Shown here: in pieces, positions 7,851-16,022 of the stretch
How the letters are laid out: every line of letters begins with the position of its first letter
How positions within the stretch are numbered: position 1 is the first letter of the stretch
NCBI GenBank assembly: GCA_037441385.1
Contig: JBBISH010000104.1
Span: forward strand, 1 to 22,610
Origin: Myxococcales bacterium
GTDB taxonomy: Bacteria; Myxococcota_A; UBA9042
Direction: 5' to 3'
DNA: 22,610 nt
Notes under the pieces: generated by a model
Told to the model about the DNA's origin: nothing
What the model saw: the letters and a program-made list of their open reading frames with translations, nothing else
Databases searched by the model: none
Position numbers and translations under genes: made by a program

Positions 7851-9203
7851 TTAGCGAGCGGGAGCCGCGGCCTTGTCGGCGATGATCAGCTTGCCGGCGC
7901 CGTCGAGCTTGTGGAAGTCGCCGCCCACGGGGGCCCACACGCCCATGTGGCCCATGTCGTGGGTGCCCTTGTCGTCGATGCGGTAGACGTTGGCGTCGAT
8001 GCTGGTGCCGACTGCCGGCGCACCGCTCAGCCCCAGGTTCTTCCACGGGATCTTGGCCTCGACCGCAAAGCCCACGTCGGCGCCGTCGGCGTTGACCGTG
8101 CCATCGGTGGTCGTCTTGAGCTCCATGCCCGAGTCGAACTTGCTCGCCTCTTCCCACTTCGGCGTGCGCGGCGCGGTGAACATGGCGTCGAAGTGTGCGC
8201 CGTTGGGCGAGAATTGCAGCTCGTAGTACTTGCCATCCTGGCCGGGCAGGCGCAGGAACAGCTCGACGTTGTCGCCCTCCCACAGCTCGCTGTCGTTGGC
8301 GGTGTGGCTATTCTTGACGTCTTCGTCGCGGAAGCGCGCGGTAAAGTACAGGTTGTCGGCGTCCCACTGCAGCCGCGCGGTGCCGCGGATGTTGTTGGTC
8401 AGGGGCTGGCCGTTCGGCTGGATCGACACCGGCAGCGACGGGATGGCCTGCCACTCGTCGTCCTTGCCGTCGATGACGGGCGCCGCCGCCGCCTTGCCGA
8501 CCTGGTACTGCTTGATCATGTTGGCGACGGCTGCCGCGGCCTGCAGGTCCAGCTTGGGCAAGGGCTCGTTGCCCGCACCGCCGGCCTTGGGCTCGCCGCC
8601 CTCGCTGCCCAGCTGCACGGTGGTCAAGAGCACGCGGCCGTCGCCCTGAACGGTGGTGGTGCCGGGGGCGGCCACCTTGAGGCGACGATCGCCCTGGCTG
8701 GCGGTGTAAAGGCCCCAATCAAAGAAGCCAATCAGCACCTGGGCGCTGTTGTCGGCCCAGTCGCCGGGCACCTGCACCTGCACCACGTCGCGGATGATTT
8801 CGCCCTTCTTCCACTGACCCACGGGGTACAGGCCGCCCACGCCGTAGTGGTCGAACGGTTGACGGCGCTTGCCCGGGGCCTCGAAGTGCACGAAAATCTT
8901 CCAGTCGCCCTGCACTGGCTGATCGACGCGGTAGTACATGACCAGATCAAAGGTGCCGCCCTTCTTGGGCTGGCCCTTGATGTCGTAGCCCAGCAGCGTG
9001 ATCTTGTCTTCGAACTTGCAGTCGACCTTGTTCTGCAGGGTCGCCGGCGGCGCGGTCAGCACGTTCTCGGCGATCTGCTGCTCCTGGTCTTTGGTCAGCA
9101 CGATCTGCTGGCCGGCCGGGCGGCGGCAACCTTCGGCACCCAGCGACAGCAGCGCCAGGGCCAGCAGCGCCAGGGGGGCGCGAGACGACAGAGCAGCGAC
9201 CAT
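7851..9203 (-). CDS. Putative lipoprotein with an N-terminal beta-sandwich and a C-terminal CBM9-like (DOMON-like) sugar-binding domain (~450 aa)
   Basis: ATG 9203 with AAGGAG RBS, signal peptide ending AEGC. C-terminal APVIDGKDDEW, ARLQWDADNLY, LWEGDNVELF, YYELQFSPNG and VEAKIPW are typical of CBM9-like domains. Confidence 0.8.
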   Translation of the reverse strand: MVAALSSRAPLALLALALLSLGAEGCRRPAGQQIVLTKDQEQQIAENVLTAPPATLQNKVDCKFEDKITLLGYDIKGQPKKGGTFDLVMYYRVDQPVQGDWKIFVHFEAPGKRRQPFDHYGVGGLYPVGQWKKGEIIRDVVQVQVPGDWADNSAQVLIGFFDWGLYTASQGDRRLKVAAPGTTTVQGDGRVLLTTVQLGSEGGEPKAGGAGNEPLPKLDLQAAAAVANMIKQYQVGKAAAAPVIDGKDDEWQAIPSLPVSIQPNGQPLTNNIRGTARLQWDADNLYFTARFRDEDVKNSHTANDSELWEGDNVELFLRLPGQDGKYYELQFSPNGAHFDAMFTAPRTPKWEEASKFDSGMELKTTTDGTVNADGADVGFAVEAKIPWKNLGLSGAPAVGTSIDANVYRIDDKGTHDMGHMGVWAPVGGDFHKLDGAGKLIIADKAAAPAR

Positions 9204-9382
9204 TTCAGACTCCTTGCGTTTGTAGGCCATTTGCGTTGGTAGGCCATCGCGTGGGCCACGGCGCGGCGCCGGGCAGGCAGCGAGCGGCGAAAGCATAGTC
9301 TTTGGCGCGGTATCGGGCAAGATCGCGTCGACCGACCCTGCCAAACCTGCGCGAGCGCAAAAGTCTGCAAACTTTGCGCACC

Positions 9383-9398
9383 CTGACAAGAATGTCAG
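9383..9398. promoter_or_regulatory. Palindrome CTGACA-N4-TGTCAG (candidate operator)
   Basis: Perfect 6-bp arms in the gap upstream of the CBM9-mazG-dnaE run; related site at 11390-11404. Confidence 0.4.
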
Positions 9399-9417
9399 TC
9401 CACGAACTGTAAGGGAA

Positions 9418-11184
9418 TCAGCCCTCTAGCAGGCCTTGCAAAACTTCCCGATTGGCGGGGGCTTGCAGCTTGCGGAGCGCACCGGTCTCGATCTGGCGGA
9501 TGCGCTCGCGGGTCAGGTTGAACATCTCGCCCACCTGCTCCAGCGTCAGGCACTCGTCCGAGCCGATGCCAAAGCGCAGCTTCAAGACCGCCTCTTCGCG
9601 CGGGTGCAGGCGGGTCAGGGCGCGACGGGTCTGGGCCGACAGGTCGCGGTGGATGACCACGTCGATGCCCTTGACGGCATTGGTGTCTTCCACAAAGTCG
9701 ACCAGCTGCGCGTCGTCCTCGCCCACCGGCGCGTCCAAGCTCAGCGGCGAGCGGACCATGCGCAAGATGGTGTCGACCTGATCGATCGGCTGCTCGGTGC
9801 GCTTGGACAGCTCTTCCACCGTGGGTTCGCGGCCCAATTCCTGTTCCAGGACCGAGCGTTCGCGCAGGATCCGGTTCAGGGCCTCGATCAGGTGCACCGG
9901 AATGCGGATGGTGCGGCCCGAGTCAGCGATCGAGCGGGTGATCGATTGGCGGATCCACCAAGTCGCGTAGGTCGAGAACTTGTAACCGCGCTGGTACTCG
10001 AACTTTTCCACCGCCTTGATGAGGCCGATGTTGCCCTCTTGCACCAGGTCGAGCAGGGCCATGCCGCGGTTGAGGTAGCGCTTGGCGATCGACACGACCA
10101 GGCGCAAGTTGGCCTGGATCATCACGCTGCGCGCCTCGGCGATGGCGCGGGTGGCCTCGCGGACGCGGCGCAGGTCGCGCTGGGCTTGCTCGGCGCTGGC
10201 GCCGTAATCGGTGCGCAGTTGATCGGCGTGCTCGATCGCCTGCACCAGGGCCAGATGCTGGCGGGCCGCGTCGGTGCGCGGGCGCTTGGGCGTGGGCCCC
10301 AGGTTGGCCACGTCCTCGCGCTTCAGGCCGGATTCGTGAAGCAGATTGCGCAGGTGATGTTCGGCGCGCACCAAGTCGCGGCCCAACTGCTGCACGATCT
10401 CCAGCGCGCGGCCGATCAGACGCTCGCCGGTGCGATCCTCCCAAAAGGTCCGGTACTTGCTGCGCAGGGCCTGGGCCAGCGGTGCGCTGCGGTCGCCGGG
10501 TGACTCGGCACGCAGGGCCTCGACTTCTTGGTCCAGGGCGATGACCCGCTCGCGGAACCGCTCGGCGCGCGCCAAGGTGGTGATGCGGGCGTCGCGATCG
10601 CGCCACGCCTCGGGGTCAGTCCACTCTTTGAGCAGTTCGTGGTCGGTGGCCATGTCCACCGGCAGGGAGGTCAACAGCGGTCGACAAGCCGGCACGCGCT
10701 CGAGGATCTCCAGGATGTCTGCGGAGTTATCCTCGATGCGCTGTGCCACCTCGGCCTCGCCTTCGCGGCTCAGCAGCGATACCCGGCCAATGTGCTGCAG
10801 GTACAGCACGGTCGGGTCGAGGTTTTGCTCGATCGCGTCCTCGGTCTCGGCTTCGCGGCGCAGGTGCCGCAGCTCGCCCAGCCCGGCGGCGGCACCGGCC
10901 TCGTCCAGGTCGACGTCAGAGGGCTCTTGCGACAACAAGTCTTCAGACAACTCGGCTGGTTCCATGGCGGTCCTCGCGGTCAACGCGGCGGCGTTCGACG
11001 CAAAGGGGTCATCGTGGCGTGGACGGTCGGCGCGTGGCTGCCAGCGTGCAGCGGCGGCGCTGGAGGCGGAGCGGCGGCCGGAAACGGCCGAATTGCCGGC
11101 GGTTTGTCGGGCGGCAGCGTGCGGGGCGTCGGCCGAACGCCGAGCGCTAGACACACGCCGTGCACTGGAGAGTGGCGGAGCCAT
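9418..11184 (-). CDS. RpoD/SigA-family sigma-70 factor, probably a non-primary paralog (~588 aa)
   Basis: Region 1.2 [21 protein letters not shown], long non-conserved region, region 2 [13 protein letters not shown]...[35 protein letters not shown], region 4 [23 protein letters not shown] 11184 has GAGG upstream; ATG 10965 is an alternative start. Confidence 0.92.
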   Translation of the reverse strand: MAPPLSSARRVSSARRSADAPHAAARQTAGNSAVSGRRSASSAAAARWQPRADRPRHDDPFASNAAALTARTAMEPAELSEDLLSQEPSDVDLDEAGAAAGLGELRHLRREAETEDAIEQNLDPTVLYLQHIGRVSLLSREGEAEVAQRIEDNSADILEILERVPACRPLLTSLPVDMATDHELLKEWTDPEAWRDRDARITTLARAERFRERVIALDQEVEALRAESPGDRSAPLAQALRSKYRTFWEDRTGERLIGRALEIVQQLGRDLVRAEHHLRNLLHESGLKREDVANLGPTPKRPRTDAARQHLALVQAIEHADQLRTDYGASAEQAQRDLRRVREATRAIAEARSVMIQANLRLVVSIAKRYLNRGMALLDLVQEGNIGLIKAVEKFEYQRGYKFSTYATWWIRQSITRSIADSGRTIRIPVHLIEALNRILRERSVLEQELGREPTVEELSKRTEQPIDQVDTILRMVRSPLSLDAPVGEDDAQLVDFVEDTNAVKGIDVVIHRDLSAQTRRALTRLHPREEAVLKLRFGIGSDECLTLEQVGEMFNLTRERIRQIETGALRKLQAPANREVLQGLLEG

Positions 11185-11310
11185 GCAAACCTCGGGTTCG
11201 GCGAGACGGCCCGGCGGGGCGCGGTGGCGGCGGGTCCGGCGCACCCCCACCCGGGCGAGCGCCGCTTGCGACCCACCAACGAGCCATGCAAGGACCGCGC
11301 CAAGTCCCGT

Positions 11311-11338
11311 ACGATGGTCCGGTTCACAGATTCGTCAA
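11311..11338 (-). promoter_or_regulatory. Possible sigma70-type promoter of the sigma factor gene
   Basis: Minus strand TTGACG-16 bp-CATCGT; the -10 match is only moderate. Confidence 0.35.
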
Positions 11339-11513
11339 GAAGATCGCGGTTCGCAGGGTCGGCCGTTTTGGGGTATTTGCCCACAGGCATGACTTTTGTG
11401 TCAGGTAGCTGGCGCGCCCGCCGCGCTTGCGGCCATTGCTTGGATGGCGCCGTGCCGCCAAAGGATTCGCGCCGCCAGCCCGATGCTGGCAGGTCGGATC
11501 CACAAGGGGTGCG

Positions 11514-11542
11514 TTGACAGGGGCGCGCCGCAGGTCTACACC
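11514..11542 (+). promoter_or_regulatory. Possible sigma70-type promoter of the rdgC-like/MBOAT operon
   Basis: Perfect TTGACA (11514-11519), 17 bp spacer, TACACC (weak -10) overlapped by an inverted repeat. Confidence 0.45.
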
Positions 11543-11580
11543 TGCGCGCCCTGCGGCCAGGTCCGCCGGGGGAGCTGGCC

Positions 11581-12204
11581 ATGGCACTGGCATCCGGATC
11601 CGTGAGTTACCTGCGTTTTTTCGTGGCGCCGCCGCCCGAAGGCTTTGAACGCCTGTTTGCCGAGCAGCTGGGCGCCCTTCGCTTCGTGGAGATCGATCCG
11701 CGCTCCGAGGTGGAAAAAGTCAACGGCTGGGTGCAGTTCGATGATGCCTTTGCCGGCGACTTTGACCCGGGGACCCTGGTCACGCCCAGCGGCTACCTGC
11801 TGTTTCGCCTGCGCATCGACACGCTGAAGATCCCGGCGGGCACGATGAAGGCCTACGTGGATCAAGAGGCGATGAACCGCTGCAAGGCGCAAAATCGCGA
11901 GAAATTGAGCCGCAAGGAGTTGGACCAGCTCAAGCTGGAAGTGAAGAAGCAGCTGCGCCTGCGATCGCTGCCCAAGCTGCAGTTGGTCGACATCGCCTGG
12001 AACATCCAAAGCGGCGAAGTTCGGCTGTTTTCGGCCAGCAAGGCCGTGGCGGCGGCTTTTGTCGAGCTGTTCGAAAAGACCTTCCAGACCCCGCTGCAGG
12101 CGGTGGGGTTGCGCTCGGTGCTGTGGCTGCGCGGCATGAGCGAGGCCGAGGTCGAGAGCCTGTCGCTGCTGGAACCCGAACGTTTTCATTTGATTCCGCG
12201 GTAG
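11581..12204 (+). CDS. rdgC: RdgC-like recombination-associated protein, N-terminal-half type (207 aa)
   Basis: GSVSYLRFFV, NGWV, LRIDTLKIP and the helical LSRKELDQLKLEVKKQL segment match the RdgC N-terminal region as seen in deltaproteobacteria. GGGAG RBS. Confidence 0.7.
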   Translation: MALASGSVSYLRFFVAPPPEGFERLFAEQLGALRFVEIDPRSEVEKVNGWVQFDDAFAGDFDPGTLVTPSGYLLFRLRIDTLKIPAGTMKAYVDQEAMNRCKAQNREKLSRKELDQLKLEVKKQLRLRSLPKLQLVDIAWNIQSGEVRLFSASKAVAAAFVELFEKTFQTPLQAVGLRSVLWLRGMSEAEVESLSLLEPERFHLIPR

Positions 12205-12222
12205 CGCCGCTGCGAGGTCGCC

Positions 12223-12735
12223 ATGGATAACAGTGCCGAGCGATTTGCGTTCTTGGGCCGCGAGTTCTTGACGTGGCTGTGGTTCGAGGCCGAGCGCACC
12301 GGCGGCGGCGTGGACACGCCCACCTTTGGCCGTGTCGGCGTGGACTTTGGCCAGCGCCTGTCGCTGGAAACCGGCGGCAACACCAAAGAGGGTAGCACCG
12401 TGCAGGCCGACGCGCCGTCGCAGGCCGAAGAGGCGCGCACTGCGCTGCGGACCGGCAAAAAGGTTGCCAAAGCGCGGCTTTTGCTCGACGCGGGCGAGCG
12501 CCAGTATCAGGTCAACCTGGACGCCGAGTCCCTGACGATCGCGGGCGCCAAGCTGCCGACCATGCTGGGCCCCAAGGATGCGTCGCTGCTGGACGAGCGG
12601 TTGCGGTTGATCGACGAGCTCGAGGCGATCTTGGACGAGATGTACGTCGGCTTCGTCAAGCTGCGGATGGACGAGGGCCAGTGGGCGCCGGTGCGCGAGG
12701 CGATGCGCGAGTGGGTGGCCGGCGCGCAAGCGTAG
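12223..12735 (+). CDS. Conserved protein, probable RdgC C-terminal-half partner (170 aa)
   Basis: FLGREFLTWLWF, EARTALRTGKKVAKARL and ERLRLI motifs; GAGG RBS; 18 bp downstream of the rdgC-like gene. Confidence 0.7.
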   Translation: MDNSAERFAFLGREFLTWLWFEAERTGGGVDTPTFGRVGVDFGQRLSLETGGNTKEGSTVQADAPSQAEEARTALRTGKKVAKARLLLDAGERQYQVNLDAESLTIAGAKLPTMLGPKDASLLDERLRLIDELEAILDEMYVGFVKLRMDEGQWAPVREAMREWVAGAQA

Positions 12736-12753
12736 CAGGATCGTTGCCCAAGA

Positions 12754-14184
12754 ATGCTTTTTAATTCGCTTTTTTACGTCGTGTTCCTGGCGATCGTCGT
12801 CGCCATCTCGTGGGGCCTGGCGCGCTGGCGCTGGGGCCGAACGGCGTTTTTGCTCGCCTGCTCGTGCCTGTTCTACATGGCGTGGAGCCCCCAGTACATC
12901 CTGCTGATTTTGGGCGCCGCCACCTGGGACTGGGCGATGGCGCGGGTCATCGAAAAGACGCCGGACCAAAGGGCCGGCCTGCGCAAGGCGCTGATGCTCG
13001 GCTCGGTGGCCGTGAACCTGGGGCTGCTGGGCTACTACAAGTACCTGGGTTTCTTTGCGGAAAACTTGGTCGCCGTGCTGCACGCGGCGGGCCTGGACGT
13101 GGCGATCCCGGTGGCCAAGGTGGCGCTGCCGGTGGGGATCTCGTTCTTCACGTTCCAGTCGATGGCCTACGTGATCGACGTGTACCGCCGCGAAATGCCG
13201 GCCGAGCGCAACCTGGTGCGGTTCTGGCTGTTTGCCACCTTTTTTCCGCAGTTGGTCGCCGGGCCGATCTCGCGCGCCCACATCCTCATCCCGCAGTTGC
13301 ATCGCCCGCCGCGGCTACAGGACGACGACGTGGGCGAGGCGCTGTTTCGCATCGCCACCGGCCTGGTCAAGAAGGTGGTGGTGGCCGATTGGCTGGCGCT
13401 GAATCTGGTCGATCGCGTCTTCAGCAACCCTGGCATCTACTCGGGCGCCGAGATCTTGGTGGGCCTGTACGCGTATACGCTGCAGATTTATTGCGATTTT
13501 TCGGGCTACACCGACATCGCGGTGGGCTCGGCGCGGCTGCTGGGGATCAAGCTGCCCGAGAACTTCAACCGGCCGTATCGTGCCAGGACCGTGGCGGAAT
13601 TCTGGCGGCGCTGGCACATCACGTTGTCGACTTGGCTGCGCCACTACGTGTTTTTCCCCTTGGGCGGATCGCGCGGCTCAGTTTGGCGCGCCAATCGCAA
13701 CACCTTGATCACGTTGGTGCTGATCGGCCTGTGGCACGGCGCCAACTGGACCTTTGTGCTGTATGGCCTACTGCACGGCGTGGCGATCGCTTGGAACCGG
13801 GTGCAAACCCGCAAGCAACCCAAGGGCTGGAGCCACGACGAACTGCCATGGACACAGAATCTTTGGCGAATTGCCTTGACCTTCCACTTTGTGGTGCTGG
13901 CGCGCATCTTGTTCCGCGCCCCGTCGCTGACCGCCGCGGGCGATTTGACGCGGGCGCTCCTGCACAACGGCCTGGGTCTGGCGCGCATTGACGGAGGCAC
14001 TTGGGCTGTGCTGGCACTGGGTTACGCGGCCCATTGGGCGCACCCGGGCTGGGCCGACCGCTTGCGTCTGGCGTTCCGCAGCTGGCCGGTGCCGGCCCAA
14101 GGGGCGGCGCTGGTGGCGGTGGCGAGCCTGATGGGCTTGGTGGCCGAGACGGATGCCGTGCCGTTCATCTACTTTCAGTTCTAA
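12754..14184 (+). CDS. MBOAT-family O-acyltransferase (AlgI/PatA/DltB-like, 476 aa)
   Basis: MLFNS start, LPVGISFFTFQSMAYVIDVYR, FFPQLVAGPI, YCDFSGYTDIA, ENFNRPY, FWRRWHITLSTW, GLWHGA (catalytic His), terminal FIYFQF. Confidence 0.95.
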   Translation: MLFNSLFYVVFLAIVVAISWGLARWRWGRTAFLLACSCLFYMAWSPQYILLILGAATWDWAMARVIEKTPDQRAGLRKALMLGSVAVNLGLLGYYKYLGFFAENLVAVLHAAGLDVAIPVAKVALPVGISFFTFQSMAYVIDVYRREMPAERNLVRFWLFATFFPQLVAGPISRAHILIPQLHRPPRLQDDDVGEALFRIATGLVKKVVVADWLALNLVDRVFSNPGIYSGAEILVGLYAYTLQIYCDFSGYTDIAVGSARLLGIKLPENFNRPYRARTVAEFWRRWHITLSTWLRHYVFFPLGGSRGSVWRANRNTLITLVLIGLWHGANWTFVLYGLLHGVAIAWNRVQTRKQPKGWSHDELPWTQNLWRIALTFHFVVLARILFRAPSLTAAGDLTRALLHNGLGLARIDGGTWAVLALGYAAHWAHPGWADRLRLAFRSWPVPAQGAALVAVASLMGLVAETDAVPFIYFQF

Positions 14185-14198
14185 GGGGTTTTGAACTC

Positions 14199-15755
14199 TT
14201 GACTACGCCCGACCAAGACGCCCGCGCGGCCCACTCGGCGCAGTTTGCCGCTGCTCCGGGCGAAGTGGCGGACACGCCTGCCGAATTCCCGCGCAGGCCG
14301 CTGCTGCATCTCTATTCGATTCTTGGAATATTGCTGCTGGCGAGCTTGGTTCCGTACGTGTCGCCCGCCCTGGGCGACTACCGCTACTGGGATCGCTGGG
14401 AGTGGACGCCGCTGCAGCGTGCCGTGACGTGGAGTCAGCCGGCCAAGGCCGAGGCGGGGGCACCCTTCGCCGGGCCTGGTCCGGGACCAGCGCCCAACAA
14501 CGCGGAAGAAGAAGACTTGTCCGACCAGGAGCTGGCCAAGCTGGCGGGGCTGCCCGCCGCCGCGACCGGCACTACCGATCTGGCCCAGGGCGCTACGGCC
14601 AGCCAGGCCCTGGCGGTGGGCGACGACGTGCTGGGCGACCAAAAGGTTTGGATCGAAGGCGACTTGAAGCACATGGCGCCGTTCTACCGGGCGCTGCAGG
14701 ACCTGGTCGCCGGCAAGCGGCCCAAGGTGCGCATCGGCCACTGGGGCGACTCGCACATCGCCAACGACGGCTTGACCCACGTGGTGCGCCTGCTGCTGCA
14801 AAAACGCTTTGGCGACGGCGGCCACGGCTTCACGCTGGTGCAGGGCCGCACCGAGTGGTACACGCACAAGGGCATCGACCGGACCGTCAGCGAGGGTTGG
14901 AAGCTCTACAACTTCTTGAATGGCAACGCCAAAGACGGCGCGTACGGCTACGGCGGCGTGTCGGTCGAGGGCGGTCCGGGCGACAACTTCACCCTTAGCG
15001 CCAGCGCCAAGACCCCGTCGACCCAGTGGACCGTGTATTACCGCAGCCAGGGCAAGGCCAGCCTGGCGGTCAAGATCGACGGCAAAGCCCAGACGGCTCT
15101 GCAACTATCCGACAGCGGCCGCGACGGCAGCCAGACCTGGGCCGTGGAGGATGGTAAGCATTCAGCCAGCTTCCGCGTGACCGCCGGCCGGCTCCGCGTC
15201 CACGGCGTGGCGATCGAGCGCGACCAGGGCATCGTCTACGACTGCCTGGGCGAAGTGGGGGCGCGCGGCACCCGCTGGACGCAAGCCAACGCCGCCCACA
15301 TGCAGGCGATCATGGCTGATCGCGCCCCCGACCTGCTCATCTTGAACTACGGCGGCAACGAGCGGCAGGACCCGATCTCGGAGGCCAGCTACACCAAGAA
15401 GATGGGCGAGGCGATTGAGCGCCTGATGGCCGGCCGCCGCGATCAGGCCGCGTGCCTGCTGCTGGGCCCCTCGGACCATGGCGAGCGCGACAAGGGCAAG
15501 ATCATCAGCAATCCCGCCGTGGTGCGTATCATCGGCTGGCAGCGCAAGCTGGCGGTCAGCGCCGGATGTGCCTTCTTGGACTCGCGGGCCTTGATGGGCG
15601 GCGAGGGCGCCATGGGCCGCTGGGTCAAGGACGGCCTGGGCTGGTCCGACTACAGCCACTTCACGGCGGCCGGCGAGCGCGCCCTGGGCCAGGCCATCTA
15701 CCGCGCGCTGCTCGAGGGCTACCGTCGCTGGGATGCCGGTCAGAAAAAGCAGTAG
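14199..15755 (+). CDS. Membrane-anchored SGNH/GDSL-family protein, probable periplasmic O-acetyltransferase or esterase partner of the MBOAT (~518 aa)
   Basis: One N-terminal TM, block I WGDSH, block III NYGGNE, block V DYSH. Start probably TTG 14199, just after the MBOAT stop. Confidence 0.85.
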   Translation: MTTPDQDARAAHSAQFAAAPGEVADTPAEFPRRPLLHLYSILGILLLASLVPYVSPALGDYRYWDRWEWTPLQRAVTWSQPAKAEAGAPFAGPGPGPAPNNAEEEDLSDQELAKLAGLPAAATGTTDLAQGATASQALAVGDDVLGDQKVWIEGDLKHMAPFYRALQDLVAGKRPKVRIGHWGDSHIANDGLTHVVRLLLQKRFGDGGHGFTLVQGRTEWYTHKGIDRTVSEGWKLYNFLNGNAKDGAYGYGGVSVEGGPGDNFTLSASAKTPSTQWTVYYRSQGKASLAVKIDGKAQTALQLSDSGRDGSQTWAVEDGKHSASFRVTAGRLRVHGVAIERDQGIVYDCLGEVGARGTRWTQANAAHMQAIMADRAPDLLILNYGGNERQDPISEASYTKKMGEAIERLMAGRRDQAACLLLGPSDHGERDKGKIISNPAVVRIIGWQRKLAVSAGCAFLDSRALMGGEGAMGRWVKDGLGWSDYSHFTAAGERALGQAIYRALLEGYRRWDAGQKKQ

Positions 15756-15761
15756 ATACGG

Positions 15762-16010
15762 GCAGTAGAAAATGCCCCCCCTTGTTCCTGATCCTGATCC
15801 TGATCCTGATCCTGATCCTGATCCAGGGGCCCCCACGTGCCCGAAGGGATGGGCGAGTCCGGTGGACTCGGCCAAGTGGGGACCTGATCCTGATCCCGAG
15901 CCTGGGCCTGAGCCGGAACCTGACGCGCGGGACGCACGTCCCCACCCGAACCGGATCCCGGTACCCGAGCCCAAACCCCAACGAATTTCAGCAGTAGAAA
16001 ATGGGGGGCA
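15762..16010. repeat. Composite intergenic repeat element: 13-bp direct repeats enclosing (CCTGAT)6 and degenerate hexamer arrays with hairpins
   Basis: GCAGTAGAAAATG at 15762-15774 and 15991-16003. Six perfect CCTGAT units at 15787-15822. Degenerate CC-N4 arrays at 15883-15924 and ~15940-15981. Confidence 0.85.
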
Positions 16011-16022
16011 AGTCGTCTTTGA

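Noticed and set aside
15787..15981. CRISPR array or hammerhead ribozyme
   Set aside because: Units are 6 bp without unique spacers, no cas genes are present, and CTGATCC does not match the CUGANGA core.
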